NCBI GenBank assembly: GCA_048623215.1
Contig: JBMCBT010000001.1
Location: 8,409-72,408 of the forward strand
Direction: 5' to 3'
Length of the DNA stretch: 64,000 nucleotides
Source: Halothermotrichaceae bacterium
GTDB taxonomy: Bacteria > Bacillota > Halanaerobiia > Halanaerobiales > DTU029
Below are positions 35,432 to 44,392 of the stretch, piece by piece. Each line of letters opens with the position of its first letter. The first letter of the stretch is position 1. The notes beneath the pieces are model-generated. The model was not told the origin of the DNA and did not search any database. It saw only the letters and a program-made list of their open reading frames with translations. Both the position numbers and the translations under genes were made by a program.

Positions 35432-36826
35432 TTATTTTTCAAAAAAAACATTATAGGCCAGGTATGTATTATAAACATCCACCTTACTAACTACTTCATA
35501 GGGAGAGTGCATCGACATAACTGCCGGTCCACAGTCTATAACATCCATATTATAATTTGCCATAAATTGAGCAATAGTTCCCCCTCCACCTTTATCTACT
35601 TTTCCTAATTCTCCTGTCTGCCAGATTACACCTGCATTATTAAAAAGAGAACGAATAGCAGCAACAAACTCTGCTGTAGCTTCAGATGAACCTGCTTTAC
35701 CTCTGGCTCCGGTATATTTAGTTATGACTACTCCTTTACCCAGAAATGAAGAATTGTTTTTTTCATATACATCTGGAAAAGTAGGGTCATAGGCTGCATT
35801 AACATCTGCCGATAAAGCCTGGGAATTTTCCAGTGTCTTTCTAACCATCAGTTCTGAGTACTCTGCACTATTTAAATCAAGTATCATGGCTACTGTGTTT
35901 TCAAAAAAACGGGACTGCATACCTGTGCTGCCCATACTTCCTATCTCTTCTTTATCAACCAGTAAAGCCATTGCTGTATACTGCGGCTGGTCAACATCAA
36001 TTAGACCTCTAAGTGCTGTATAGCTGCATACTCTATCATCATGGCCGTAACCGGCAAGTAGACCTCTATCAAAACCAACATCACGTGTCTTCACAGCTGG
36101 AACAATCTGCAATTCAGCACTAATTAAATCTTCTCCGTTAATATTATACTTTTCATCTAACAGGTCAAGCACAGCTTTTTTGACTTTTTCTTTTTCCTTA
36201 TCATCTTCCTCTGCTTGATAAGGTATACTTCCAATAACAAGATTGAGCTGTTCTCCGCTTATACCCTCACTCATCTTTTTCTGCATCTGGTCTTTCCCCA
36301 GATGTGGCAGTAAATCACTTATGTAGAAAATCGGGTCATCTTCATCTTCGCCAATATTAACTTTTACTTTTGTCCCATCTTCCCTGACTACTACTCCATG
36401 TAATGCCAGTGGTATACTAACCCATTGATATTTTTTAATACCACCATAATAATGTGTTTTAAAATAGGTAAGTTCACTTTCTTCATATAGAGGATTTGGT
36501 TTTAAATCTATCCTGGGAGAATCTATATGTCCTCCGACAATTTTGATACCATCTGTCAGCGGTTTTTTTCCAATTACTGCTGCAATAATAGCTTTATCGC
36601 GATTTATTTTATAAACTTTATCTCCTGTAGAAAGTGCTGAAATCTCTTCTATATTGGCAAAACCTTCCCCTTCCAGCATTTCTGCTGCTGTTTTAACAAA
36701 TTCTCTCTCAGTCTTATTACTACTTAAAAAATCACTATATTCCTGATTAAATTTAAATATTTCATCAACTTCAACCTCTTCCATCTCCAACCAGGCATTT
36801 TTTTCCTTATATTCTTTTTTAGACAT
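35432..36826 (-). CDS. M18-family aminopeptidase
   Basis: GGHIDSPRIDLKPNP, GYGHDDRVC, DKEEIGS, and a C-terminal MHSPYE motif, 464 aa. Confidence 0.8.
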   Translation of the reverse strand: MSKKEYKEKNAWLEMEEVEVDEIFKFNQEYSDFLSSNKTEREFVKTAAEMLEGEGFANIEEISALSTGDKVYKINRDKAIIAAVIGKKPLTDGIKIVGGHIDSPRIDLKPNPLYEESELTYFKTHYYGGIKKYQWVSIPLALHGVVVREDGTKVKVNIGEDEDDPIFYISDLLPHLGKDQMQKKMSEGISGEQLNLVIGSIPYQAEEDDKEKEKVKKAVLDLLDEKYNINGEDLISAELQIVPAVKTRDVGFDRGLLAGYGHDDRVCSYTALRGLIDVDQPQYTAMALLVDKEEIGSMGSTGMQSRFFENTVAMILDLNSAEYSELMVRKTLENSQALSADVNAAYDPTFPDVYEKNNSSFLGKGVVITKYTGARGKAGSSEATAEFVAAIRSLFNNAGVIWQTGELGKVDKGGGGTIAQFMANYNMDVIDCGPAVMSMHSPYEVVSKVDVYNTYLAYNVFFEK

Positions 36827-36881
36827 AAATAATTCCTCCTTTCTTTAACATTATATCCCCTTTATAAAAAATTATCAAAAG

Positions 36882-36909
36882 AAAAATAACCGCCTAATAG
36901 GCGGTTTAT
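36882..36909 (-). terminator. Rho-independent terminator after the crp-like gene
   Basis: ATAACCGCC taata GGCGGTTTAT, followed by T5 on the minus strand, 13 nt after the stop. Confidence 0.65.
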
Positions 36910-36921
36910 TTATAATATAGC

Positions 36922-37563
36922 TCACCATCTGTCCATATTTTTTAACATAATCTTATTTTTCTTTATTTCCAGCAGCGCTTTATCTTCCATTTTATTTATT
37001 AGCCTGGTAACAGTTTCCCGGGAGGCACCAATATATTTTGCCATCACCTGATGGGTTAGTTTTCTACTTATTATCATTTCGTCTTCGCTTTTTTTGGCTA
37101 ACCGTAAAAATAAATTTTTAAGTCTGGTCTCCACATCATAAAATGCCAGCCCCTCTATTTCTTTATTGGCCCAGCGGAGCCTGCGGCTTAACTCTACTAT
37201 AATTTTGAGAGCAATCTCCGGGTTGTCTTTTAAAACCTTAACAAAATCATCTTTTTCAATAACCAACAGCCTGGACTTTTTTCTCACATAAGCAGAAGCT
37301 GAACGTGTCTTTGCTTCAAGTACTCCCATTTCACCAAAAAAATCACCCTTGGTCATAATATCAAGTATTTTTTCTTTGCCATCAGTCGTTCCTTTTACAA
37401 TTCTTATCTCACCAATTAACACAAGATAAAAAGCATCTGATGATTCTCCTTCTAAAAATAATATTTCTCCAGACTGACAGTCAATTTCTCTTACTATTTC
37501 TTTTAGTATAGACAACTGTTCATCATTAAGACTTGCGAAAAATGGAATGCTAGTTAATTCCAA
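36922..37563 (-). CDS. Crp/Fnr-family cNMP-binding transcriptional regulator
   Basis: cNMP pocket FFGEMGVLEAKTRSASA (Glu and Arg-Ser retained). C-terminal HTH MAKYIGASRETVTRLINKM. Confidence 0.8.
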   Translation of the reverse strand: MELTSIPFFASLNDEQLSILKEIVREIDCQSGEILFLEGESSDAFYLVLIGEIRIVKGTTDGKEKILDIMTKGDFFGEMGVLEAKTRSASAYVRKKSRLLVIEKDDFVKVLKDNPEIALKIIVELSRRLRWANKEIEGLAFYDVETRLKNLFLRLAKKSEDEMIISRKLTHQVMAKYIGASRETVTRLINKMEDKALLEIKKNKIMLKNMDRW

Positions 37564-37681
37564 AATTGTTTACCACCACCTCAGGTAAAAACCATCTCTT
37601 TTTTGCCACAATCTTCTTGACCATACCCGGAGCAAGCACATGAGGTTTGCATGCAAACTTTAAATGCCCGCACTACCTCTA

Positions 37682-38611
37682 TCATAATTTAAATAGAGCA
37701 TTATCACTGGTATTATTACCGGAATTATCATTATCGTTTTCATTGTCATTCTCACTGGCCGGAACATCTTTATCATTCTTATTTTCGTTATCATCATCCT
37801 TAAATGATGCATTATCATTAGCTTCATCACTTGCATTATCATTAGCTTCATCACTTGCATTATCTTTTGCCGGGGTATCTTTATTATCAGCAGGGTTTTC
37901 CGGTTTATTACTTTTACCTGGATTAGTCGGCTTATTATTAATTCTCTTCCTGACATTTTCCAGCCATTTGTTAAGCTTTTCCTGATTCCATTTTTGTTTT
38001 TCTTTATTGTTCATTTCTCGTTTTTCTATCTTGCCATCCCTGGCTGTACTGACTTCATCCTGAAAAACTAATTTCTTATTGCCGGTTTTACTATCTTTAA
38101 ATTCAACTATTCCTTCTTTTACTGAAAGGATAGATTCCTTGTTATCAACTTCTACAGAAAATAAGGTTCCGCGGACACCGGCAACCACTGTAGGAGTCTT
38201 AACTTCAAATTTGGTTAAATCTCCCCAGGCCCCTTTTGCTTTTGCCCATATCCGACCCAGTTTTAATTTAATTGACTGAGATTTTTTTTCAACTTCACCA
38301 CTTTCACCTATTACAAACTCACTATTACTATCTACTTTGATATATATATCGTTTTCATAATAGAGTTCTAAACTCCCATTATCACCAACACGTATCTGGT
38401 CACCTGGTTTTATTTTATCATCCTCAGCAAGCTGCTTCCATTCAGTCTTATCCACCAGTCCCAAAAATGTTTCTTCAATTTTCCTCTCAACTGTCCCTTC
38501 CACTTTAGTTATTTTTATTGTTATATTATTATTACTTGATTCACTATATACTCTGATAAAAGGAATTGCAACCAGACAGCAGATCATAAAAATAAATAAG
38601 ATTTTTTTCAT
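37682..38611 (-). CDS. Exported FecR-domain protein with a disordered Asn/Asp/Lys-rich repeat tail
   Basis: Signal peptide. FecR-like core (IRVGDNGSLELYYENDIYIKVDSNSEF...FEVKTPTVVAGVRGTLFSVEV...VKEGIVEF). Start overlaps the cyclase stop (ATGA). Confidence 0.7.
   Translation of the reverse strand: MKKILFIFMICCLVAIPFIRVYSESSNNNITIKITKVEGTVERKIEETFLGLVDKTEWKQLAEDDKIKPGDQIRVGDNGSLELYYENDIYIKVDSNSEFVIGESGEVEKKSQSIKLKLGRIWAKAKGAWGDLTKFEVKTPTVVAGVRGTLFSVEVDNKESILSVKEGIVEFKDSKTGNKKLVFQDEVSTARDGKIEKREMNNKEKQKWNQEKLNKWLENVRKRINNKPTNPGKSNKPENPADNKDTPAKDNASDEANDNASDEANDNASFKDDDNENKNDKDVPASENDNENDNDNSGNNTSDNALFKL
37809..37864 (-). repeat. 24-bp tandem repeat (2.3 copies) inside the FecR-like gene
   Basis: gcattatcattagcttcatcactt at 37809-37832 and 37833-37856 (identical), plus a partial copy at 37857-37864. 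Encodes DNASDEAN-DNASDEAN-DNAS. Confidence 0.85.
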
Positions 38612-40365
38612 TTTATTTTATCCTCCCCTCTAAGCCGATATAATATTGTTTCATGGTTAATATTCCGAACTTTTCTCATTTCTTTAATCCAATCCCGATT
38701 TTTATAATCTATGGACAAACTCTTATAAGTACTTTTTCCAATAATAACTTCTCCTGGGCCAGCAATTTCTACAAACCGTGCTGCTTTATTTACACTATCA
38801 CCAATTACAGTATACTCCATCCTCTCTCTGGAGCCGATATTTCCAGCTACAGCCTGTCCAGTATTGATTCCTATTCCCAGTTTAAAAGATAGGTTTAAGT
38901 TCATGATTTCCAGTGCAGTTTTCACAGCATTCACTGAATGTTCTTCTATAGGTAGTGGTGCTCCAAAAAATGCCATTACTCCATCTCCCAGATACTTATC
39001 CAGCGTACCTTTATTTTTAAAAATCTTTTTATTTATTTGAGTAAAAACCTCATTTAATTCTTCAACCATCAGTTCAGGACTTTTACCTTCAGAATAAGCA
39101 GTATATCCCCTTATATCTGCAAATAATACTGTCAGTTTTACCTGTTCCCCACCTAATTTAACTAAACCAGGATTGTTTAATAATTCCTGCATCACATCTT
39201 TTGAAATATATTTATCAAATATATTAACCAGTTTTTGTCTTTCTTTCTCACTGAATAAATACCAGTATAATAGATTCATTCCATATAAAAGCAGTATTAT
39301 TACTGCCGGAGTCAAAAAATCTATAAAAAAGTTGAAATTATAAAAGGCAATAAAACTAACAATTAGATATCCTAGTAAACCATTTATTAGTATATATTTT
39401 GATCTGGCCGGAGAAACAATTCTAAATATTATAGCAAAAATAATTGTCAGAATCATTAACAATATCAATTTATAGAAATGTGGAAGCCTATTAATATAAT
39501 TCCCTTTTATCAAATTATTAATAGCCTGTCCGTGTATCTCAACACCTGCCATAGGTCCAAAGCGTGATAAGGATGTCATATAATAGTCATTTAAAGAAGT
39601 GGAAGTTGCACCAATTAAAATAATTTTATCTTTTAAATTAACATCACTATAATTGCCTGATAATAAGTTTTTAAAAGATATCCTGGGTATTATTTGCTCT
39701 GCAGAAAAATTAATTAATATACTTTTTTTATTATTTGTTTTAACCTCATATCCGGCTGTCTCAGCTAATACAAGGCTTAATGCTTTATAAACCTTACCTC
39801 TGTGTTTGAATTTCAGGGGAAGACTGCGGATAATACCCTCTGAATCCGGTATAAATGCAATATGCCCCAGACTTACATTTTCTGCAAATTCAGGTAAAGG
39901 CTTATTAATTTTATTAACTCTCTGAATAAAATTTTGTGATGCACTTCTTTCCATCTTTAATTCTGGCCTGACAGGTAATACTATATTATCATACCCGGCA
40001 AAATGCTCTGCCAAAATAGTATCATTCTCTCTGGTTCCTCTATCTGACAGCATAATGTCAAAACCAATTGCTTTAACTCCTTCATTTTCAAGAATATCAA
40101 CTGCATCTGCATAATATTTTCTATTCAGGGGCCAGTTATTATATTTTTCAAGAGTTTGATCATCAAGTTCAACTATTACAACATCACTGATAGTGCTATC
40201 TGTCATATGCATTTTTGTTATAAATTTAGATATAGTTAATAAATTGTAAGCCTTATTTTCAGTAAATGCTAATATATGTAAATGGTATAATACAAAAAAT
40301 ATACTGATTATAATAATAGCTACAAATACCTTAAAACCTATTTTTTTCATTAAGGTCTCCTCCAA
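38608..40365 (-). CDS. CHASE2-sensor class III adenylate cyclase
   Basis: TM1, a ~270-aa extracytoplasmic domain, three TM helices, then the cyclase domain. Metal-binding Asp residues in VLFADIRGYT and YLGDGVMAFFG. Lys457 and Thr519 form an adenine-type (class IIIb) pair. Asn/Arg in GDSVNKAAR. Confidence 0.8.
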   Translation of the reverse strand: MEETLMKKIGFKVFVAIIIISIFFVLYHLHILAFTENKAYNLLTISKFITKMHMTDSTISDVVIVELDDQTLEKYNNWPLNRKYYADAVDILENEGVKAIGFDIMLSDRGTRENDTILAEHFAGYDNIVLPVRPELKMERSASQNFIQRVNKINKPLPEFAENVSLGHIAFIPDSEGIIRSLPLKFKHRGKVYKALSLVLAETAGYEVKTNNKKSILINFSAEQIIPRISFKNLLSGNYSDVNLKDKIILIGATSTSLNDYYMTSLSRFGPMAGVEIHGQAINNLIKGNYINRLPHFYKLILLMILTIIFAIIFRIVSPARSKYILINGLLGYLIVSFIAFYNFNFFIDFLTPAVIILLLYGMNLLYWYLFSEKERQKLVNIFDKYISKDVMQELLNNPGLVKLGGEQVKLTVLFADIRGYTAYSEGKSPELMVEELNEVFTQINKKIFKNKGTLDKYLGDGVMAFFGAPLPIEEHSVNAVKTALEIMNLNLSFKLGIGINTGQAVAGNIGSRERMEYTVIGDSVNKAARFVEIAGPGEVIIGKSTYKSLSIDYKNRDWIKEMRKVRNINHETILYRLRGEDKIK

Positions 40366-40443
40366 TTTAAGTATACCATGATTGGTTGAATTACTTCAAG
40401 AAATTAAAGCTTATCTGGTATATTACTTAGTGAGGTAGTAGTT

Positions 40444-42030
40444 TTATTTTAACTTCTTTAATCTTACCTGTTTATTATTAATCCATTCTCCATAATTGAC
40501 CAAATACTCAACAATTAATTCTTTATCGGTAGTACTACCTAATACCAAATATTTTTTGTTATCTTTTGTTTCCCATTTCCACAAATCATAAATTTCTGAA
40601 TCATGCAGTTTATAATTTAATTGATCCAAAATTGATTTATCCAATATGTATGCTTGAGATCCCTTTTCAAGTACTTCTTTATTATCTTTAATATACTGGC
40701 TTTTAAAGTCATATTTCTCAGAGTCAACCTTATTTGTCCGAACTTGAATACTATGTCTTAATACATCCTTTATAATTTCCAATATCAATTCATCCTGTCC
40801 TTTTTCATGATATGTATATAAAATATTTACTAATTCTTGGTCCTCCTTTTTTAACCCAAGGATAATATCTTTTATCACTGACCGTAAATAATCCAAACTA
40901 AGATTATTGGTCATCTCACCTGTTTCAGGTTTTTCTCCATTCATATTCACAGCCATTTCTCCATTTCCTTTTTCTTTTAACAAAATAAAAGGAGTAAATA
41001 TTTCAACTATATCATCACTATTTTTATTCAAATCATTATTTAATACCTTATTCCACTGTATTATGTTTTCCTGCTCTGAATTAATCCGTGTATCAAAATT
41101 ATCATCAACAACATAAGTAGTTCCTATATTCTGTAATATTTTTGATTCTATGTTAGAAGATAATATAAAATTTGTAATCTTTTCATTATCTGATTCTCTT
41201 TTTTCTAAATAATCTCGATATCTATCAATCAAAACCATCTTGCGTGTTACTATTTTATAATTAAAATTACTATCAACTAGTTCTTTTATCTCTTCTTCCT
41301 CAAAATCCAGAACTTCTGTAAACACTTCAACAAGAGCTTTTTTTAATTTATCTATATTTAGTCCTTCACCGGCTAATCTTCTATATTCCATGCTTATATT
41401 CCCATCTTTTATAATTCCTTTATTTATCAAAGCATTTAATATGGTTTCACAATTATCATTATTATTAATTTTATCATCTACAAAATGCAATAAACCAATA
41501 GAATATCCCAAAAATTCATTACCTCTAAACTTTAGTAATCTTTTTATTCCATAAGAATTATAATTAACTACTTTATACCTCACAAATCCTTCCGACATAA
41601 CTGCTGCATACTGAGCTAAAGCTCCTGATGTATAGGAGCCATTCAATAAATATATATGCTCCCCAGAAGGTTTCCCAACATAATCACTATACAACTTTAC
41701 TGCTGAATCAAAAGGTGAACCAGGCAATCCTGCTAAAATCAAAAGTTTTGTTACTTTATCCTGTTCATCATTATAACTAAAACTAATATTCTTGACTCCA
41801 TCATCTTTTAAAACACCTGTTTTTATTTTAACAGTTTTAGTATCTTCATTATTTATTTTTTTAATATTTTCTGACAGTGTGTCGTTAAAATCAAAACCAT
41901 ATATTTTTTCCATTATCATTTTCCAGTCCTGGCTATTTCTCTCACTTGCTTCCACTCTATTAAAGTTAGGTAATATTAAGCTGAAAATTAATACTATCAG
42001 TAAAAAGAACACGGCTTTCTTTAATTTCAT
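40444..42030 (-). CDS. Hypothetical exported protein, 528 aa (first gene of the cyclase cluster)
   Basis: Signal peptide MKLKKAVFFLLIVLIFSLILPNFNRVEA. No catalytic motif recognised with confidence. Confidence 0.5.
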   Translation of the reverse strand: MKLKKAVFFLLIVLIFSLILPNFNRVEASERNSQDWKMIMEKIYGFDFNDTLSENIKKINNEDTKTVKIKTGVLKDDGVKNISFSYNDEQDKVTKLLILAGLPGSPFDSAVKLYSDYVGKPSGEHIYLLNGSYTSGALAQYAAVMSEGFVRYKVVNYNSYGIKRLLKFRGNEFLGYSIGLLHFVDDKINNNDNCETILNALINKGIIKDGNISMEYRRLAGEGLNIDKLKKALVEVFTEVLDFEEEEIKELVDSNFNYKIVTRKMVLIDRYRDYLEKRESDNEKITNFILSSNIESKILQNIGTTYVVDDNFDTRINSEQENIIQWNKVLNNDLNKNSDDIVEIFTPFILLKEKGNGEMAVNMNGEKPETGEMTNNLSLDYLRSVIKDIILGLKKEDQELVNILYTYHEKGQDELILEIIKDVLRHSIQVRTNKVDSEKYDFKSQYIKDNKEVLEKGSQAYILDKSILDQLNYKLHDSEIYDLWKWETKDNKKYLVLGSTTDKELIVEYLVNYGEWINNKQVRLKKLK

Positions 42031-42300
42031 ATTATCCCTCCTTCTGTTTTTTGCATTCCGTCAGATTTACCCCCTTAATTTCAATTAACTAAATTAAAAA
42101 CTCTTTGCCATTATAACAGTTAGCTTAAATTTGTTATTTTTAAAAAACCTATTTTACTCTAAAGTATGAAATTATAAATATGATATATTATATATTATAT
42201 ATTAAAGGAGTGAAGTTATGGATATATCAATTTGGGAATCCATCTTAGTGGTATATTCAAATTAAATATTTTATACAGGGAAAAAGGAGTGAGTAATTCT

Positions 42301-42825
42301 ATGAAGAATAAAAAACTTTATATCATAGTTGGTATTATCCTAATTTCGACATCTATTATCTTTTACCTTTTTTATAATGGCTATTTATTCAATGAAAACT
42401 CACAGGTTGAAGATATTGGTGATAAGGCTCCATCTTTTACATTAGAAAAATTAAATGGAGATAAGATATCCTTAAGTGACCTCCAGAGCAAAAAACACTG
42501 CTTAATTTTTGGGCTACCTGGTGTCCTCCCTGCCGGGAAGAAATGCCTGAAATACAAAAATTATTTGCTGAACACAAGTACATCAATATACTGGCTGTAA
42601 ATGCTAAAGAGAACAAAGATATTGTCAGTGAATATATGCTAAAAAAACAACCACTATTTTACTGTAGGACTTGATAAAGACGGTAGTATAGGCAATAAAT
42701 ATCTGGCACGGGGAATACCTACTACTTTTGCCCTTGATGAAAATGGGATAATAATTGGTAAACATACCGGTTCCTTAAACTATAATCAGTTTCTAGATTT
42801 ATTAGATAAAAATAGCGGTAAATAA
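42301..42825 (+). pseudogene. TlpA/ResA-like membrane-anchored thiol:disulfide oxidoreductase, disrupted by two frameshifts
   Basis: Frame 1 gives MKNKKLYIIVGIILISTSIIFYLF...APSFTLEKLNGDKISLSDLQSKK. Frame 0 (from ~42495) gives TLLNFWATWCPPCREEMPEIQKLFAEHKYINILAVNAKENKDIVSEYMLKK. Frame 1 (from ~42646) gives NNHYFTVGLDKDGSIGNKYLARGIPTTFALDENGIIIGKHTGSL...*. The switches fall at the A6 run (42490-42495) and the A7 run (42641-42647). Confidence 0.7.
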
Positions 42826-42932
42826 AAGACATATAGATATAGCCAAAAACAATCTCACATTATTATTGTAATTACATTATGAGACTGATTTTTCAATAAA
42901 AGATTAAAATATCATATAACGTATATTTCAAT

Positions 42933-42957
42933 AAACCGGGGCTTAATACCCCGGTTT
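42933..42957. terminator. Bidirectional terminator between the tlpA-like and DUF134 genes
   Basis: AAACCGGGG cttaata CCCCGGTTT with A/T flanks, between convergent genes. Confidence 0.7.
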
Positions 42958-42964
42958 ATAATAT

Positions 42965-43351
42965 TTACTCACAGTCAGGGCAGTTTATATTACCACTGCC
43001 TCCCCTATGCCTGAATTTACGCCGAAATCTGCTGCCGCATTTTTCACAGTCCAGATACTCAGCCAGCTTATAGTCTCCACCTTCAAACCTGATAGCCTTG
43101 CCTTTAATCAAAGCCTCCGCTATCTTTTTACGGGCCTCAGTTAAAACCCGCTGATAAGTAGGACGAGATATATTCATCTTGCCTGCAGCTTCCTCCTGTG
43201 TTAGGCCTTTAAGGTCCTTTAAGCGAACAGCCTCAATTTCTTCTATAGAAAGGCGTATTTCTTCAATCTCTCTAAGTGGAATACCACTGGGCTTAAAATA
43301 TTTTATTTTCGGTATAAACTCAACTCTTCTTTCTTTAGTAGGCCTTACCAT
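42965..43351 (-). CDS. DUF134 (UPF0251) predicted DNA-binding protein with a C-terminal Cys cluster
   Basis: MVRPTKERRVEFIPKIKYFKPSGIP...EAVRLKDLKGLTQEEAAGKMNISRPTYQRVL is the DUF134 pattern. C-terminal CEKC...CPDC. The ATG at 43351 follows GGGGGAGAG. Confidence 0.7.
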   Translation of the reverse strand: MVRPTKERRVEFIPKIKYFKPSGIPLREIEEIRLSIEEIEAVRLKDLKGLTQEEAAGKMNISRPTYQRVLTEARKKIAEALIKGKAIRFEGGDYKLAEYLDCEKCGSRFRRKFRHRGGSGNINCPDCE

Positions 43352-43383
43352 TAGACTCTCCCCCATTTTTTTAAAAACAAGCT

Positions 43384-44217
43384 TTAGGCTTCTGGTTTCA
43401 CCGCCTGTTTATCAGGATCAAACTTCTTTTGAAACTGCACTATTCTTTCTGCTATTTTATTATAATTTCTGGAAATATTCAAATCAGGCTGATTATCAAC
43501 AACAGGTAACCCCTGGTCTCCACCTTTTCTTACTTCAGGTAATAAAGGTAGTTCTCCCAGCAATTTAGTATCCAACTGGTCAGCTAATTTTTGTCCACCG
43601 CCCTGTCCGAAAATATATTCTTTACGACCGCAGTCAGGACATTGATAATAGGACATATTCTCTATTACACCAGTAACATCTATATTCAATTTTTCAGCTG
43701 CTCTGGCTATCCGACCAGCAACACTGGTAGCCGTAATTTGTGGGGTAGTAACTACCAGTATCTGAGCATGTGGTAGTTTCTGCATTATATTTAAAGCCAT
43801 ATCGCCAGTGCCTGGAGGAAGATCCAGGAGTAAGTAATCTAATTTCCCCCAATGTACATCCTGCATAAATTGCTGTAAAGCTCCCAATAATAATGGAGCT
43901 CTCCAGATTACTGGGTCTTCCTCTGCTACAAACGAGCCCATAGACATTATCTTGATACCATCTGCTTCAGGAGGATTAATTTCTTTTTCATTTAAAGGCT
44001 GAGGTTTTTCTTTAAGACCGATAATTCGAGGTATACTGAAACCATGTATATCTGCATCAATTATTCCTACAGTATTATCAAGATTTTTAAAAGATGCAGC
44101 CAGATTAACTGTTACTGTAGATTTGCCTACACCACCTTTTCCACTCGCCACAGCAATTATTCCTTTATTAATACTGCCGTGATTTAACTGAAGTTTATCT
44201 TCTTTTAATTCATACAT
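43384..44217 (-). CDS. Mrp/ApbC/NBP35-family Fe-S cluster carrier ATPase
   Basis: Deviant Walker A ASGKGGVGKST, DLPPGTGD, and CPDCGRKEYIFG (CxxC). Confidence 0.85.
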   Translation of the reverse strand: MYELKEDKLQLNHGSINKGIIAVASGKGGVGKSTVTVNLAASFKNLDNTVGIIDADIHGFSIPRIIGLKEKPQPLNEKEINPPEADGIKIMSMGSFVAEEDPVIWRAPLLLGALQQFMQDVHWGKLDYLLLDLPPGTGDMALNIMQKLPHAQILVVTTPQITATSVAGRIARAAEKLNIDVTGVIENMSYYQCPDCGRKEYIFGQGGGQKLADQLDTKLLGELPLLPEVRKGGDQGLPVVDNQPDLNISRNYNKIAERIVQFQKKFDPDKQAVKPEA

Positions 44218-44340
44218 TGCTATCCCTCCATATACAATTAATTATGAAAATTATAACAGTGTTTTGGTCATATGTCAATTATTGCTGCCTCTATTGCAGC
44301 TATATATAAATTATTATATATTAGTTTCGCTTTAAATATT

Positions 44341-44369
44341 AAAAAGGAAGGCAGTTTAACTGCCTTCCT
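44341..44369 (-). terminator. Terminator after the MCP gene
   Basis: AGGAAGGCAG tttaa CTGCCTTCCT, a perfect 10-bp stem with A/T runs on both sides. Confidence 0.6.
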
Positions 44370-44392
44370 GATTTTTTTATTATGTCGTAATT

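Noticed and set aside
37647-37985. 112-aa plus-strand ORF and 98-aa minus-strand ORF (37660..37956) in the FecR-tail region
   Set aside because: They are open only because of the low-complexity 24-bp repeat region. The products are SL-repeat or MI-repeat nonsense, and the FecR-like frame explains the region.
42218-42265. 15-codon sORF (MDISIWESILVVYSN) with AAGGAG 7 nt upstream, ahead of the tlpA-like gene; also the track's TTG-start ORF beginning at 42232
   Set aside because: The sORF is too short to evaluate and no leader-peptide logic is evident. The 42232 start merely extends the tlpA-like frame upstream of its good SD and ATG at 42301.
42853-42890. Imperfect hairpin (TCTCA…TGTAATTACA…TGAGA) followed by TTTTT after the tlpA-like gene
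   Set aside because: The stem is weak and interrupted. The strong bidirectional terminator at 42933-42957 already accounts for termination.
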